A stretch of DNA of 64,000 nucleotides from Phycisphaerales bacterium (GCA_018644725.1 JABGPZ010000069.1:148238-212237), one strand, 5' to 3'. Positions 1 to 12,818 are shown, counted from the stretch's first letter. A program made the numbers and translations. The notes: generated by a model from the sequence alone, not told the origin.

Positions 1-819
1 ACGCGCATGGGCGGGCCTGGCTTCCGTTGGGCGATGGAAACCTATTCGCGAAAGGGAGTTAAGACGGTCAACGGCAAGGCTGTCCCCGCTGCCAAGGCCG
101 TAACGAAAAAAGTCCCCACTGGCGGCAAGGCGATCAATCTGGACGAAAAGAACAACGGGAAGACTGTGGCCGCGCAGGTGGGCGACACGATTCTCATCAA
201 ACTCGATTCGAACCCTTCGACGGGCTACGGCTGGAAACAGGGCGACCAGCCGAAGGGCTCGGCCGTCGAATTCAAGTCGAAGAAGTTCCTCACGGCCTCG
301 CAGATGAACTCGGAGATGCGCCCCATGCCCGGCCAGGGTGGCGCGACAACGTTTACCTATCTCGTCGTCAAGCCCGGCAAAGTCAAAATCGACCTGAACT
401 ATAGGCGGCCTTGGGAAAAGACCAAACCCGCCGCCAAGACGGTTCAGGTAACGATTGACGCGAAGAAGGCCGTCGTCGATGGCCCGGCGGTCACTGGTAA
501 GCTCGTATTCAGTACGCCGCCGGACGTGAAGAAAATCAGCCGTATCGTTGTAGAGATCCGCAACGTAGCACTGATGGATGGCCCGGCGCCGTTGATCGGC
601 CAGGTCGAACTCAAGGGCCCGTTCACGCTGCCGGTGAAATTCGCGATCCCCTATGACGCGTCGAAGGTTCGGCCAAACCCGAGGTTCTATGCCCTCAGCG
701 CCCGGGTCTACACCGAAGCCGGCGGCAAAGAGAAGCTGTATTTCATCAACGACACGCGCCACAGCATCCTCACGAAAGCGGGGGACACGGCCAAGGACAT
801 CAAGGTCAAAAAGTTGTGA
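1..819 (+). CDS. Chagasin-like (peptidase inhibitor I42) domain fused to a YbaY-like domain; 5' end probably upstream of the window
   Basis: ORF 7..819. Motif NPSTGYGW is typical of chagasin/I42 cysteine-protease inhibitors. The C-terminal half (LPVKFAIPYDASKVRPNPRFYALSARVYTEAGGKEKLYFINDTRH) resembles E. coli YbaY. No signal peptide is visible, so the N-terminus is probably truncated by the window edge. Confidence 0.55.
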   Translation, partial: TRMGGPGFRWAMETYSRKGVKTVNGKAVPAAKAVTKKVPTGGKAINLDEKNNGKTVAAQVGDTILIKLDSNPSTGYGWKQGDQPKGSAVEFKSKKFLTASQMNSEMRPMPGQGGATTFTYLVVKPGKVKIDLNYRRPWEKTKPAAKTVQVTIDAKKAVVDGPAVTGKLVFSTPPDVKKISRIVVEIRNVALMDGPAPLIGQVELKGPFTLPVKFAIPYDASKVRPNPRFYALSARVYTEAGGKEKLYFINDTRHSILTKAGDTAKDIKVKKL

Positions 820-859
820 TAGCGGACAATGGGCTTCCTGCCCGAAAAACCGAACGCAA

Positions 860-897
860 AACAGGTGGTTCCCGCAAGGGGTTGCCTGTTTTTTTTG
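860..897 (+). terminator. Rho-independent terminator downstream of the chagasin/YbaY-like gene
   Basis: GC-rich hairpin (acaggtggttccc gcaa ggggttgcctgt, G-U rich) followed by a T8 run. Confidence 0.5.
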
Positions 898-980
898 ATT
901 GGAGAAGGTTGTTTAAGGCCCCATAAATAGAGGGCGATATGGTGCTGTTGAAAAAAGTGGAAAAAAAGGGGCCAAAGGCC

Positions 981-1008
981 TTGACTTATTTCTCTAGTTG
1001 AGTATGAT
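981..1008 (+). promoter_or_regulatory. Sigma70-type promoter of the tRNA-23S-5S operon
   Basis: TTGACT (981-986), 16-nt spacer, TATGAT (1003-1008). Preceded by an A-rich UP-like tract and located ~50 nt upstream of tRNA-Ile. Confidence 0.55.
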
Positions 1009-1055
1009 TCTCCTCCCTGCCAGCAAGGGCAGGAACGCTAACACACAGATTCATC

Positions 1056-1129
<74 letters not shown>

Positions 1130-1177
1130 TACGGCAAGGCTGAAACGTCTTCGGATGGTTCCAGCCAACCCCATACT

Positions 1178-1250
1178 GGGGGCGTAGCTCAATTGGGAGA
1201 GCACCTGCTTTGCAAGCAGGATGTTGCAGGTTCGAGTCCTGTCGCCTCCA
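1178..1250 (+). tRNA. tRNA-Ala (anticodon TGC)
   Basis: GGGGGCGTAGCTCAATTGGGAGAGC ... anticodon loop TTTGCAA ... GGTTCGAGTCC. The G3:U70 acceptor pair characteristic of tRNA-Ala is present. Confidence 0.9.
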
Positions 1251-1767
1251 TGAAAACTCTATCGCGCTAGACCCCTGTTTACAGGGTGATTTGCACGAGA
1301 GCATGACTTTGAAAAAGAAAAGTTGGAAAACTTCACTTTTTTGAAAGAAAGCACTTGCAAGAGACAGAGCGAACGGCTATATTCTCCGCCCCGATGCGAA
1401 ACCGCAACGGAGCGAACAAGCGTCATCTGAGTGACGCGAAAAGAAAACTTCGAAAAAACGAAAAAAGAGCTTGCAACTTAGCGAGCGAATCAGTAAGATG
1501 TTTCACCCTTCGCTGATAACTCCGCGAAGGGAACACATAACCGACGAGCCGCAAGGGTTCGTGTAAGAAGCTGATTGACAATAGCATAGGATTAGAGAAC
1601 GTTCGAATTTCCAAAGAATTTGAACCGAGAACCAAATAAACGAGCGTTGAACACGTGCAAGCGTGTTCGATTGAACGCGCGCAAGCGTGTTCTAAAATGA
1701 ATCGATACAACTCTTATTATGAATGGCAGCTTGACTTGAAGCGGTCCGGAAACGGGCTTGCGACAAA

Positions 1768-4645
<2,878 letters not shown>

Positions 4646-4848
4646 TTGTCGTGTGCCCCCGGGCATACTGCTGCTGATCAAAATAAGACAATTTCGATTC
4701 AAGAGCTCGTTTTCTCATCTCTAATCCTATGCTTTTCATATTCATGTCAAGTCCCAAATGCATCCGAATACCGGGTGACTTTGATCCTTCGGGAAATGGA
4801 CTTGATGTAAAAATTTCTGAATGTTGTGCGACAGCGCAACATTCGGTT

Positions 4849-4957
4849 TGCCGGTGATGATACGTTAGGGGAAACACCTGTTCCCATACCGAACACAGAA
4901 GTGAAGTCCTAACGGCCGATGGTACTGCGATCGCGGGAGAGTAGGTGATCGCCGGTT
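4849..4957 (+). rRNA. rrf: 5S ribosomal RNA
   Basis: TGCCGGTGATGATACGTTAGGGGAAACACCTGTTCCCATACCGAACACAGAAGTGAAG...GGGAGAGTAGGTGATCGCCGG matches the 5S consensus. It lies ~200 nt downstream of the 23S. Confidence 0.9.
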
Positions 4958-4963
4958 TATATG

Positions 4964-5003
4964 GAGCCTTTGGAGGGTAACCCCTTCGAGGCTCCTTTTT
5001 TTA
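4964..5003 (+). terminator. Rho-independent terminator of the rRNA operon
   Basis: Hairpin GGAGCCTTTGGAGGGTAACCCCTTCGAGGCTCC followed by T8. Confidence 0.75.
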
Positions 5004-5455
5004 TGCGCACTGGATTGGGGGAATCTTGCGGTCTTGTTGCTGCTTGCAACTTCGTCTGTCTTCGTCATGCTCATTCAAAAGCCCATAAAGGGCTTCTTCA
5101 CTCGCCTTCCTTGCCAGTCTTGTTTCGCCAACGCAGAACCCTCGCAATCTTCCCCCAACCCAGTGCGCGTTGCGCGGTTCCGAGCGCCAGAGGTCTTGGG
5201 GCAGCCAGGGGAGGAAGATTGGGGAAAAGAGAAAGAGGAGAAAGGGGAAAGAGAAAGAGGGAAATGGAGGGAAGGTGTCAGAAATAGATGATCTGTAGAT
5301 TAAGATGCGAATTCACAGATTTAGTGCATTGAATTCGAATGCTGTTTTGTTACAATTTGTTGCCTCGATACTCCTTATGCAAATTCAGAATTTGCCCGAA
5401 GATGGAGTATTGCGATATCACTTGATTTTCCACCTACCCCAAAAAGGAGTTCCTC

Positions 5456-6394
5456 ATGTCCAAGCGTCCAAAAATTACCGTTCGCGCAATGCAGCCATCC
5501 GACCGCGCCGAAGTGGCCGAGCTGATTTGCGTGTCGACGAACTACTGGTTCCAGATGAACGGCAACCCGGCCGTGTTCCCCGACGGCCCCAACAGTACGT
5601 CAATTTATTTTGATGTCTATGAAACCCTCGATGCCGGAGAGAATCTCGTCGCAGTCAACGAAGACAATGGCTGCTTGGCGGGGTCGGTGTTCTTGCACCC
5701 GCGCGAAACCCACATCTCGCTGGGGATCATGAACGTTCACCCGAACTACTTCGGCTGCGGCGTCGCCAGTTCCATGCTCCGCGAAGCTACCAAGCGTGCC
5801 GACGAAGCGGGCAAGCCCATGCGCTTGGTCTCCAGTGGCCGCAATACCGACTCGTTCTCGCTCTACAACCGCGTCGGGTTTGTCCCGCGCGTCCTGTTCC
5901 AGGGCATGTGGCTCACCGTTCCCGAAACCGGGCTGGACGCGACGGCCGACGGCCAAGAGTTCGTTCGCGAGGCGACGCTGGACGATGTAGACGCGATGGT
6001 CGCTGTTGAGTTTGAAGTCGCCGGAATCAAACGGCCGAATGACATCCGCTATTTCATTGAAAACGTTCACGAGTGCTGGCATGTGTCGGTCTATGAAGAT
6101 GCTGCGGGCGCCATCCAAGGCTTCGCCGTTTCTTGCGAACATCCCGGCTGCCGGATGGTCGGGCCGTGCGCGTCCCGCACCGAAGCTCAGGCCGCTGCGC
6201 TCATGTTGACTGAACTCCAGCTTCGAAAAGGCCTTACGATGGCCTACATGCTTCCAGTTGCATGTGAAGAGCTGGTGAAAACCTCCTACAGCTGGGGCGC
6301 GAAAAACTATGAAGTCGCTCTCGGCCAGGTCCGCGGCGAGTACCAGCCGATGAACGGTGTCAGCGTTCCCACGTTCCTGCCCGAAACCGGCTAA
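5456..6394 (+). CDS. GNAT-family N-acetyltransferase (apparently tandem GNAT fold)
   Basis: The N-terminal half has acetyl-CoA-binding-like motifs (GIMNVHPNYFGCGVASSML, RVGF). The 312-aa length and a second alpha/beta region suggest a two-domain GNAT. Assignment is by motif memory only. Confidence 0.55.
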   Translation: MSKRPKITVRAMQPSDRAEVAELICVSTNYWFQMNGNPAVFPDGPNSTSIYFDVYETLDAGENLVAVNEDNGCLAGSVFLHPRETHISLGIMNVHPNYFGCGVASSMLREATKRADEAGKPMRLVSSGRNTDSFSLYNRVGFVPRVLFQGMWLTVPETGLDATADGQEFVREATLDDVDAMVAVEFEVAGIKRPNDIRYFIENVHECWHVSVYEDAAGAIQGFAVSCEHPGCRMVGPCASRTEAQAAALMLTELQLRKGLTMAYMLPVACEELVKTSYSWGAKNYEVALGQVRGEYQPMNGVSVPTFLPETG

Positions 6395-6417
6395 AACGTC
6401 CTCCGAATTGTAGACAT

Positions 6418-6452
6418 AAAAAAGCCCGGCAGAATTTTCTGTCGGGCTTTTT
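6418..6452. terminator. Bidirectional rho-independent terminator between the convergent GNAT and DUF3604 genes
   Basis: Hairpin AAGCCCGGCAGAATTTTCTGTCGGGCTT flanked by an A-run and a T-run. Confidence 0.65.
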
Positions 6453-6475
6453 GTGTGTGATGGGCAGGGTTGTCG

Positions 6476-8164
6476 TTAGCGCTTGTTGACCCAGATCGGG
6501 CTCGACCAAGCGTACTGTTCGTTGGCCTGGACAACGCGGACGTAGTACCAGTCGTCCTGTTTGCCGTCGCCGGTGTCGTCCACGGTGAAGTTCGTTCGCC
6601 AGTGGTCGGCAAAGGTCAGGCGGTGCAGCATTGCCGACTCCTTGGGGAAGTCGCCGCTGAAGAACATGTCGTTGCTTTCAGCCAACTCGGCGAACGTTTT
6701 GGTCATGGTCACCTTGGTCGGCAGGGTGGTTTTGATGGTGACTTTGGTCTCGGGGCTGGCCTGGAGTTTCATGACCATTGCCTTGGTCGAGATGTCCTCG
6801 AATTGCTGGCGCAGTGCGGTGAACGAGCGAATGTGAACGCCGGTGGCCGTTTGCTTGACCACTTCGTCGAGACGTTTTTCTTCCAACGGGCCAGACTGGA
6901 AGCACGGAAGCGCTTCGAGAATTTTGCCACCTTCGAAGAAGATCTCGAAATCCCAATCGCATACGCGGGTCATGTCCAGTGCCGGCCAGGGGCCCCAGCC
7001 ATATTCAAACCGGAAGATCACCGGCTCGTTCCAGCATTGGGCGGAGGGCTCGCGGTCCATGGGGAAATTGCGCGCGATCACGCGGTTGTTCTTGAGAAGC
7101 TCGACGCGGTCGACCTGGTCCCAGCCTTCCACGGACATTTCGAGTTTGCGTTTTCGCGTGTAGTCCAGCTCTTGTCCCATCGGCCGATCGTTGCAGTGGA
7201 ACTTCATCTTGATCCGGTCGCCGCTGACGGCGTAGCATCGGCGGTTGCGCAGTGCGTCGAGGATTGCCTCGGGCGTCAGCTCGTCGGCGATAATCGCAGC
7301 GAGCCCTTCGCGATAGCCACCCGGGAAACCGAGGTGGTCGTCGGTGCTGGCGACCACGCCCATGCGATGCCCGTTCTTGAGGAAATGTTGCAGGGTATTT
7401 TGCGTCCAGCGGCTTCCTTCGGTGTGGCGGACATAGGGCGAGGGCGCGCGGTCATGTTCGGCATTGCCCCACTCCGAGAACATTTCCAGCACGGGCGAGA
7501 CTTCGGGGTCGCGCTTTGAAATGTCCAGGCCGCGGTGGCCGATCTTGTTGGCGGGGTGGTGGGGGATCAGCAGCGCACCTTTGGATTTCGCAAACTTCTG
7601 AAACTCTTTGAGAGTCTTGGAGCGCGTATACTCGGCGACTTTGGTGTTCGGGAAAATGATGTGGTAGTCACCGCAGTGGGTGGAGTGCCATTCAAAGCCC
7701 GCCATGGCGACAAACTTACCCGGCTTGTTGAAGCGGTTGACAAGTCGGAGAACCTCGGGGTATTGCTTGTTGACGACGTTAAAACCGTTGAGCCATTTCC
7801 GTTCGATGTTGTTCTCGTAGGTGCCGATGTCGGGCCACCAGCCGTGGGGAGTGGAGGCGAAAAAGTCGAGGTGGCTGCGCGCAATTTTGAAGGAGCGCTC
7901 CAGCGAGCCTCTCGCATAGCCGCACTCGGTGTGGTTGTGGAAATCGCCGAAGAAGATGCTGCTGTTTTTGAACATCGAGTCTTTGGAGCTAGCGCTTCGG
8001 ACGGTGCTGGCGGCGAGGCCTTGGTCTGCACTGGAGCAACCAATCGACGAGCCGAGCAAACCGGCCGCACCCAATGCTCCAACCGATTGAAGAAGTTGGC
8101 GGCGGGTCGGGGCGGGCGAGTCGTTGCGTTTCGGTTTACGGGGTTGTGAATCGGATTCCGACAT
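6476..8164 (-). CDS. DUF3604-family secreted protein with Tat signal
   Basis: Twin-arginine motif (TRRQLLQSVGALGAAGLL). The FGDFHNHT motif is characteristic of DUF3604/PHP-like proteins. 562 aa. Confidence 0.6.
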   Translation of the reverse strand: MSESDSQPRKPKRNDSPAPTRRQLLQSVGALGAAGLLGSSIGCSSADQGLAASTVRSASSKDSMFKNSSIFFGDFHNHTECGYARGSLERSFKIARSHLDFFASTPHGWWPDIGTYENNIERKWLNGFNVVNKQYPEVLRLVNRFNKPGKFVAMAGFEWHSTHCGDYHIIFPNTKVAEYTRSKTLKEFQKFAKSKGALLIPHHPANKIGHRGLDISKRDPEVSPVLEMFSEWGNAEHDRAPSPYVRHTEGSRWTQNTLQHFLKNGHRMGVVASTDDHLGFPGGYREGLAAIIADELTPEAILDALRNRRCYAVSGDRIKMKFHCNDRPMGQELDYTRKRKLEMSVEGWDQVDRVELLKNNRVIARNFPMDREPSAQCWNEPVIFRFEYGWGPWPALDMTRVCDWDFEIFFEGGKILEALPCFQSGPLEEKRLDEVVKQTATGVHIRSFTALRQQFEDISTKAMVMKLQASPETKVTIKTTLPTKVTMTKTFAELAESNDMFFSGDFPKESAMLHRLTFADHWRTNFTVDDTGDGKQDDWYYVRVVQANEQYAWSSPIWVNKR

Positions 8165-8297
8165 GGCGTCTCCTTTGAGGAAAAGGGAATAATGTTCTTG
8201 AATATGACCCTGTTGCAGATCTTGGATTTTCGATATTACGCGATTCCGTGGATCAATACAAGGGGGAGAATTCCTAAAATCAGGTCGAAATTAGAAG

Positions 8298-8333
8298 TTA
8301 AAAAAAGACACAGGAACATGGGCTCCTGTGTCC
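8298..8333 (-). terminator. Rho-independent terminator downstream of the GH20 gene (minus strand)
   Basis: Minus-strand hairpin GACACAGGAGCCCATGTTCCTGTGTC followed by T7. Confidence 0.65.
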
Positions 8334-8380
8334 GTTGTATTTGGGGTGGTTTCTTATTCTTCGGATTTGGGAGTAGCGGG

Positions 8381-9967
8381 TTATTTGGCGGCTTTTTTCT
8401 TCCTGGTTTTGCGGGGGACTGTTTTTTTCGCGGGTTTGAGTTTCTCGGTGTATCCTTCGGGGAGGATCGTCGGCCCGTCGGATTCTTCCGCCCGGCCAGA
8501 GACGTAGCCGTTGGCTTTGAGCCAGGGCTTTTGCGCGTCGGCGAGTTTCTGCATGTCCTCCAGGCTTGCCGCTGGTTTACCGTGCCACATCAACTCCGAC
8601 ATCGCAAAGATCCGCGGGAAGGTGCGGATGTCGAGGAATGCCTGCATGAGGTTGCCGTCGGTCCAGAGGCTCGCGCCCATGCCGAGGATCAGCTTGCGTT
8701 GTTCGTCGGTAATTTTGTCACTCATGCCGATGGCGGCGGGGTTTTCCGTGTAGCACTTGGCCATGCCGAATGTGCGCCCCTTGCCGTAGACGCTGTAGGG
8801 TGAGATGGGGAAGTTGAGGTAGGTGTAGTTGTTGGGATTGAGGATCACTTCGCGCCCCATCTCCAGCGCCTTGAAGACCATGCGGTCTTTTCGCGCGCGG
8901 TAGTTCCACCAGTTGACCACGACGTTGTCGGCGAGTTTCGGCCCGCCATTTTTGGCGATGACGTCGTCCCAGCAGATTGCTTTTCGGCCGCGGGCTTTGA
9001 GAATCGCGGCGATGCGGTTGGTGAAGTGGATCTGCAACTCGTGCATATTCTTGAGGTTGTGCTTCTTGAGGAGCGCCTGGCAGGAGGGGCATTGGTCCCA
9101 GTGTGCTTTTGGTGCTTCGTCGCCGCCGGTGTGGATGTAGGGCGAGTTGGGGAACAGGTCGCACACTTCGTTGAGGATCGAGGCGAGGAATTTGTAGTTG
9201 TCGGCCTCGGCTTTGCCCGCGCAGACGATGGGATTCATGCGTGTTTTTTTGTCGGTGGCCTTGGGGTCGACGGTGCCCTTGCAGGAAAATTCGGGATAGC
9301 TCGCCATCAGCGCAAAAGCGTGGCCGGGGAGATCGATCTCGGGGACGATGGTGATGTGGCGCGCTTTGGCATAGGCGACGACCTCGCGGATTTCAGCCTG
9401 CGTGTAGAACCCCTGTTGCTCTTTGCCCGTGGAGACCTTCGATCCGATTTCGGTGAGCTTGGGCTGGGACTTGATTTCGATGCGCCAGCCGTCGGACTCG
9501 GTGAGGTGCCAGTGGAAAATATTGAGTTTGTAGCGCGCCATCCAGTCGAGGGTTTTCTTGAGGTGCGCGATGGTTTGGTACTGCCGGCCGGAGTCGAGCA
9601 TGAAGCTGCGCCAGCGGTAGGTCGGCTCGTCGGTGATGGTTTGACAGGCGATGGTGCGCTTGCCGGCTTTGTCGGTCTCGACGAGCTGCAGGAGCGATTG
9701 CGTCGCCCAGAACACGCCCGTATCGCTCCCGCCGGTAATGGTGATCGCCTTGGGTGTGATCGAAAGCGTGTAGGCTTCTGCGGCGAGGGTTTTGTCGACG
9801 GTCGCCTTGGCAATCTTGGCAACGTCAGCCTGGGCAGGGATGGTGAAGCGGCCTTCACTCATCACGACCGATTTGGGCGTGGGCAAAATTTTGGCAGAAG
9901 ACAGAGATGCCAGTGTAGCAGAACTCAGCAGGAGCAAGGCGAGGAGGGGGAGGGCGATTCGGCGCAT
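8381..9967 (-). CDS. Beta-N-acetylhexosaminidase, glycoside hydrolase family 20, secreted, with a Lys-rich C-terminal tail
   Basis: Signal peptide MRRIALPLLALLLLSSA. GH20 catalytic region (HWHLTESDGWRIEIKS, VPEIDLPGHAFA, HTGGDEA). C-terminal KKTVPRKTRKKKAAK. Confidence 0.85.
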   Translation of the reverse strand: MRRIALPLLALLLLSSATLASLSSAKILPTPKSVVMSEGRFTIPAQADVAKIAKATVDKTLAAEAYTLSITPKAITITGGSDTGVFWATQSLLQLVETDKAGKRTIACQTITDEPTYRWRSFMLDSGRQYQTIAHLKKTLDWMARYKLNIFHWHLTESDGWRIEIKSQPKLTEIGSKVSTGKEQQGFYTQAEIREVVAYAKARHITIVPEIDLPGHAFALMASYPEFSCKGTVDPKATDKKTRMNPIVCAGKAEADNYKFLASILNEVCDLFPNSPYIHTGGDEAPKAHWDQCPSCQALLKKHNLKNMHELQIHFTNRIAAILKARGRKAICWDDVIAKNGGPKLADNVVVNWWNYRARKDRMVFKALEMGREVILNPNNYTYLNFPISPYSVYGKGRTFGMAKCYTENPAAIGMSDKITDEQRKLILGMGASLWTDGNLMQAFLDIRTFPRIFAMSELMWHGKPAASLEDMQKLADAQKPWLKANGYVSGRAEESDGPTILPEGYTEKLKPAKKTVPRKTRKKKAAK

Positions 9968-10322
9968 GGGATTGTCTTTCTGGCAAAGGCGTTGAGGGCG
10001 GCGCAGGGTCGCCCATTTGGATTGGTGTCTGACAGTATAATGCAGACGAGAGGCGATTGTTCCAATTTTCGGATAATTATTTCGTTGGCGAATGAAAATA
10101 ACTCACCGATGGGCGAGGCGTGTGAGTCTTCGGAGAGGCCGATTTTGGAGGGACTATCAAGAGAATCTGTTGTTTTTCAATTTTGAAGGGAGATTTTTGC
10201 GGATTGAGTGTTTATTATGAGAAGAGCGATTATACCTGTGTCCCTTCGACGCCCGATGTGGGTTCGTTGTCAAAGCGGCGCAGGTCCTTCGCGAGGTGGA
10301 TATACTGTAACGGAGAGACTCG

Positions 10323-12362
10323 ATGAAATGGATGAACTCATTCCGACGTGGCTTGTTGTTGACGGCATTGTTGCTTTGTATGCTGTCGGTCTCGCTATTC
10401 GCAGCTCCGCCCAAGGCCGCCAAGACCGCCAAGGACGCTCCCAAAAAAACACCCACCGCACCCGCCGCACCCGTCGCGAAGGGTCGTCCGGAAGTGACGC
10501 CGCCGCCGATTTCGGGAATTCCCGCGCCGGATGATTTGGTTGGCCGTGCCGATGCCCGCAAGGCGCGTGTCGCAGAGCTTCTCGAGGGGAAGCTGGTCGT
10601 GAAACTCATGGGCCTGTTCGAGGACAAGAAGTATGACGAGGCCAAGACGGTCGCGATGCAACTGATCCGCCTCAGCCCCAAAAACGGCACGCATTGGTAC
10701 AATCTGGCGTGCATCTATTCCCGCCTGGACAAAGCGCCCAGCGCATTCAAGTGCCTCCGCCGCGCGGTGGATCTTGGGTATGATGGCATCCGCCACATGG
10801 AGCGTGACGAAGACCTCCGCTCGCTGCGTGACACGAAAGAGTTTTCCGAAATCGTTTCGATGCGCGACGAAATTCACCGCAAACGCGCCGAGCGAATCGA
10901 AGCGGACCTTCGCAAGAAATATGGCGAGGATTATCTCATTGAGGTGGATCACGAAAACAAGCTGGTCTTCGCGACGAACATCGACCGCCAGACCCTCGAC
11001 GCTCTCAAAAGCCAGCTCACCCAGCGCGCCCAAATGATGTGGAAGGTGATGTTCCGCAATCGGTTCGAGCGCTATGTGACGGTGATTATTCCCAAGACCA
11101 AAAGTTCCGAAGACATGGGGGATATCGGCGGGTACTACAATCCCAGCACCAGCGTGCTTGTTGCGCGCCAGCTGGGAATGGTGATGCGTCACGAGTTCAC
11201 CCACGCGCTGCACTTTGCGGACATCGAAGGCCGCGAGGGCAAGGGCATGCACCCGATCTGGGTAGCGGAGGGGCTCGCGACGCTGTGCGAAGGATCGACG
11301 TTCGACGCCAAGGGCAAGCTGGTCCCGGGCAACTCGGAGCGCTTGCACCATTTGCGTCCCTATCTCAAAAGGTACAAGTCGGGCGTGCTCCTGAAAATTA
11401 TGAAACTCAGCCATGGCGATTTTATGCGTAGCCCGGGCTTCCACTATTCTGCGTCGCGGTTCATGATGGCCTATCTGCATCATCACGGCAAGTTGCGCGA
11501 GTGGTATGACACGTTCCGCACTGCCTATCCGGATGAAGATAAGACCGGCCAAAAGACGTGGGAAAAAGTGTTCGGCAAACCGATTGAGACGATTGAGGTC
11601 GAGTGGCGCACCTGGCTGATTTTGCAACATGCGCCGAAGATGACCATCGGCGCGAACGGGCCGTTCATGGGCCTCGGAACCGATCAGGAGGTCGACGGGC
11701 TGAAGATTACCCGAGTGGTTTCCGAGTCCTCTGCGGCCAAGGCTGGCCTGCGGGTTGGCGATGTACTCGTGGGGCTTGCGGGCCAGACGATCTATGATCA
11801 GATGGATATGACGGCCGTATTGCTGGCACATGAGGTGGGCGATACGATTGCAATTCGCTTCCGCCGCGGGAAGAAATATAATGACGGCAAGCTGACGTTG
11901 ATGGCCCGTCCGGCCTCATATAGCGATCCGCGTGTCCCGCCGCACCCCGCCGCCGACAAGCCGTATGTGGGCCTCGCTACGGACTCTGTCGGAAACAAAC
12001 TGACAATTACGCGCGTCGTTCCCAAGAGTTCCGCCGCGAAGGCGGGGCTGAAGGTGGGGGACGTTCTTGTCAGATTTGGCGGCAAGGCCGTGTCCACCAC
12101 GGCAGAGGTGAAGGCTGCGCTCGCCAAGCACAAAGTGGGTGAGACGATTGCCGTTTCATATCGCCGCGGCAAGGAAACCATCAACGCGAAGATGAAACTT
12201 CTGGCGCACCCCGATGCGCCCAAAAGAAAACTCAAACCAGACAAGCCAACCGCTACTCCCAAGCCGCCAGCCGCGAAACCCGCGATGAGGCCAGTCAATC
12301 CACCCACCAAACCCAAGCCCCCGGCTGAGGTCAAAGCAGAGCCCGTCCTGGAGCACGTGTAG
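10323..12362 (+). CDS. Secreted TPR/DUF1570-like putative zinc metallopeptidase with two C-terminal PDZ domains and a Pro/Lys-rich tail
   Basis: Signal peptide. HEFTHALHF (HExxH-like) within a region resembling the Planctomycete DUF1570/peptidase-MA-like fold. Two PDZ-like repeats (GLKITRVVSESSAAKAGLRVGDVLVGLAG and NKLTITRVVPKSSAAKAGLKVGDVLVRFGG). C-terminal PKPPAAKPAMRPVNPPTKPKPP. Confidence 0.6.
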   Translation: MKWMNSFRRGLLLTALLLCMLSVSLFAAPPKAAKTAKDAPKKTPTAPAAPVAKGRPEVTPPPISGIPAPDDLVGRADARKARVAELLEGKLVVKLMGLFEDKKYDEAKTVAMQLIRLSPKNGTHWYNLACIYSRLDKAPSAFKCLRRAVDLGYDGIRHMERDEDLRSLRDTKEFSEIVSMRDEIHRKRAERIEADLRKKYGEDYLIEVDHENKLVFATNIDRQTLDALKSQLTQRAQMMWKVMFRNRFERYVTVIIPKTKSSEDMGDIGGYYNPSTSVLVARQLGMVMRHEFTHALHFADIEGREGKGMHPIWVAEGLATLCEGSTFDAKGKLVPGNSERLHHLRPYLKRYKSGVLLKIMKLSHGDFMRSPGFHYSASRFMMAYLHHHGKLREWYDTFRTAYPDEDKTGQKTWEKVFGKPIETIEVEWRTWLILQHAPKMTIGANGPFMGLGTDQEVDGLKITRVVSESSAAKAGLRVGDVLVGLAGQTIYDQMDMTAVLLAHEVGDTIAIRFRRGKKYNDGKLTLMARPASYSDPRVPPHPAADKPYVGLATDSVGNKLTITRVVPKSSAAKAGLKVGDVLVRFGGKAVSTTAEVKAALAKHKVGETIAVSYRRGKETINAKMKLLAHPDAPKRKLKPDKPTATPKPPAAKPAMRPVNPPTKPKPPAEVKAEPVLEHV

Positions 12363-12374
12363 AGACCATGAAAA

Positions 12375-12405
12375 AACCCGAGCAAATGCCCGGGCTTTTT
12401 TTTTG
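12375..12405 (+). terminator. Rho-independent terminator downstream of the PDZ protein gene
   Basis: CCCGAGCAAATGCCCGGGC hairpin followed by T10. Confidence 0.6.
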
Positions 12406-12416
12406 TGGTTGTGGAA

Positions 12417-12818
12417 TCAGCGTACGCCGAAGAGGCGTTGGGCGGCGCGAAGGGAGCAGGACTGATATTTCGCATAGGCCGCTGCCGCCGCTTGGCGGAT
12501 CTCCGGTTCGGGTTGATTGTTGGCCCAGGCGCGCAGGGACGCGTCGAGGATGTACGCCTCGGGGGCCATGTTGCTGAAGGTGCTCGTGATCAGCTTGCAG
12601 CGGAGTTCCCCCAGCAACGGCCGAAAGTACCGATCCGACTGGCAGGCGAAAATGATTGCGGGCGTGATGAATTTCGCTTTGGGCAGCGGGCCAATCTTCG
12701 TATCCATCAGACCATTGTGGCCGACGAAGCAGAGCGTCTCGGCAGAATGACCAAGGGGAAATGTATGGTGAATGGGTTTGTACCCGAAGGAAAATTCTTC
12801 CTTGTAGGGGCACGGCAT
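12417..12818 (-). CDS. Hypothetical protein (95-133 aa); start ambiguous, the first ATG lies in the centre of a palindrome
   Basis: GC3-rich codon usage consistent with coding. No recognisable motif. Alternative start MDTKIG at 12707. The + strand ORF 12405..14084 is judged to be an antisense artefact. Confidence 0.35.
   Translation of the reverse strand: MPCPYKEEFSFGYKPIHHTFPLGHSAETLCFVGHNGLMDTKIGPLPKAKFITPAIIFACQSDRYFRPLLGELRCKLITSTFSNMAPEAYILDASLRAWANNQPEPEIRQAAAAAYAKYQSCSLRAAQRLFGVR

Noticed and set aside
6470-7519. 349-aa + strand ORF
   Set aside because: Antisense to the DUF3604 gene. Low-complexity, His/Gly/Ala-rich translation.
9026-10186. 386-aa + strand ORF
   Set aside because: Antisense to the GH20 hexosaminidase gene.
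10395-11831. 478-aa - strand ORF
   Set aside because: Antisense to the PDZ metallopeptidase gene, which has a signal peptide and domain motifs.
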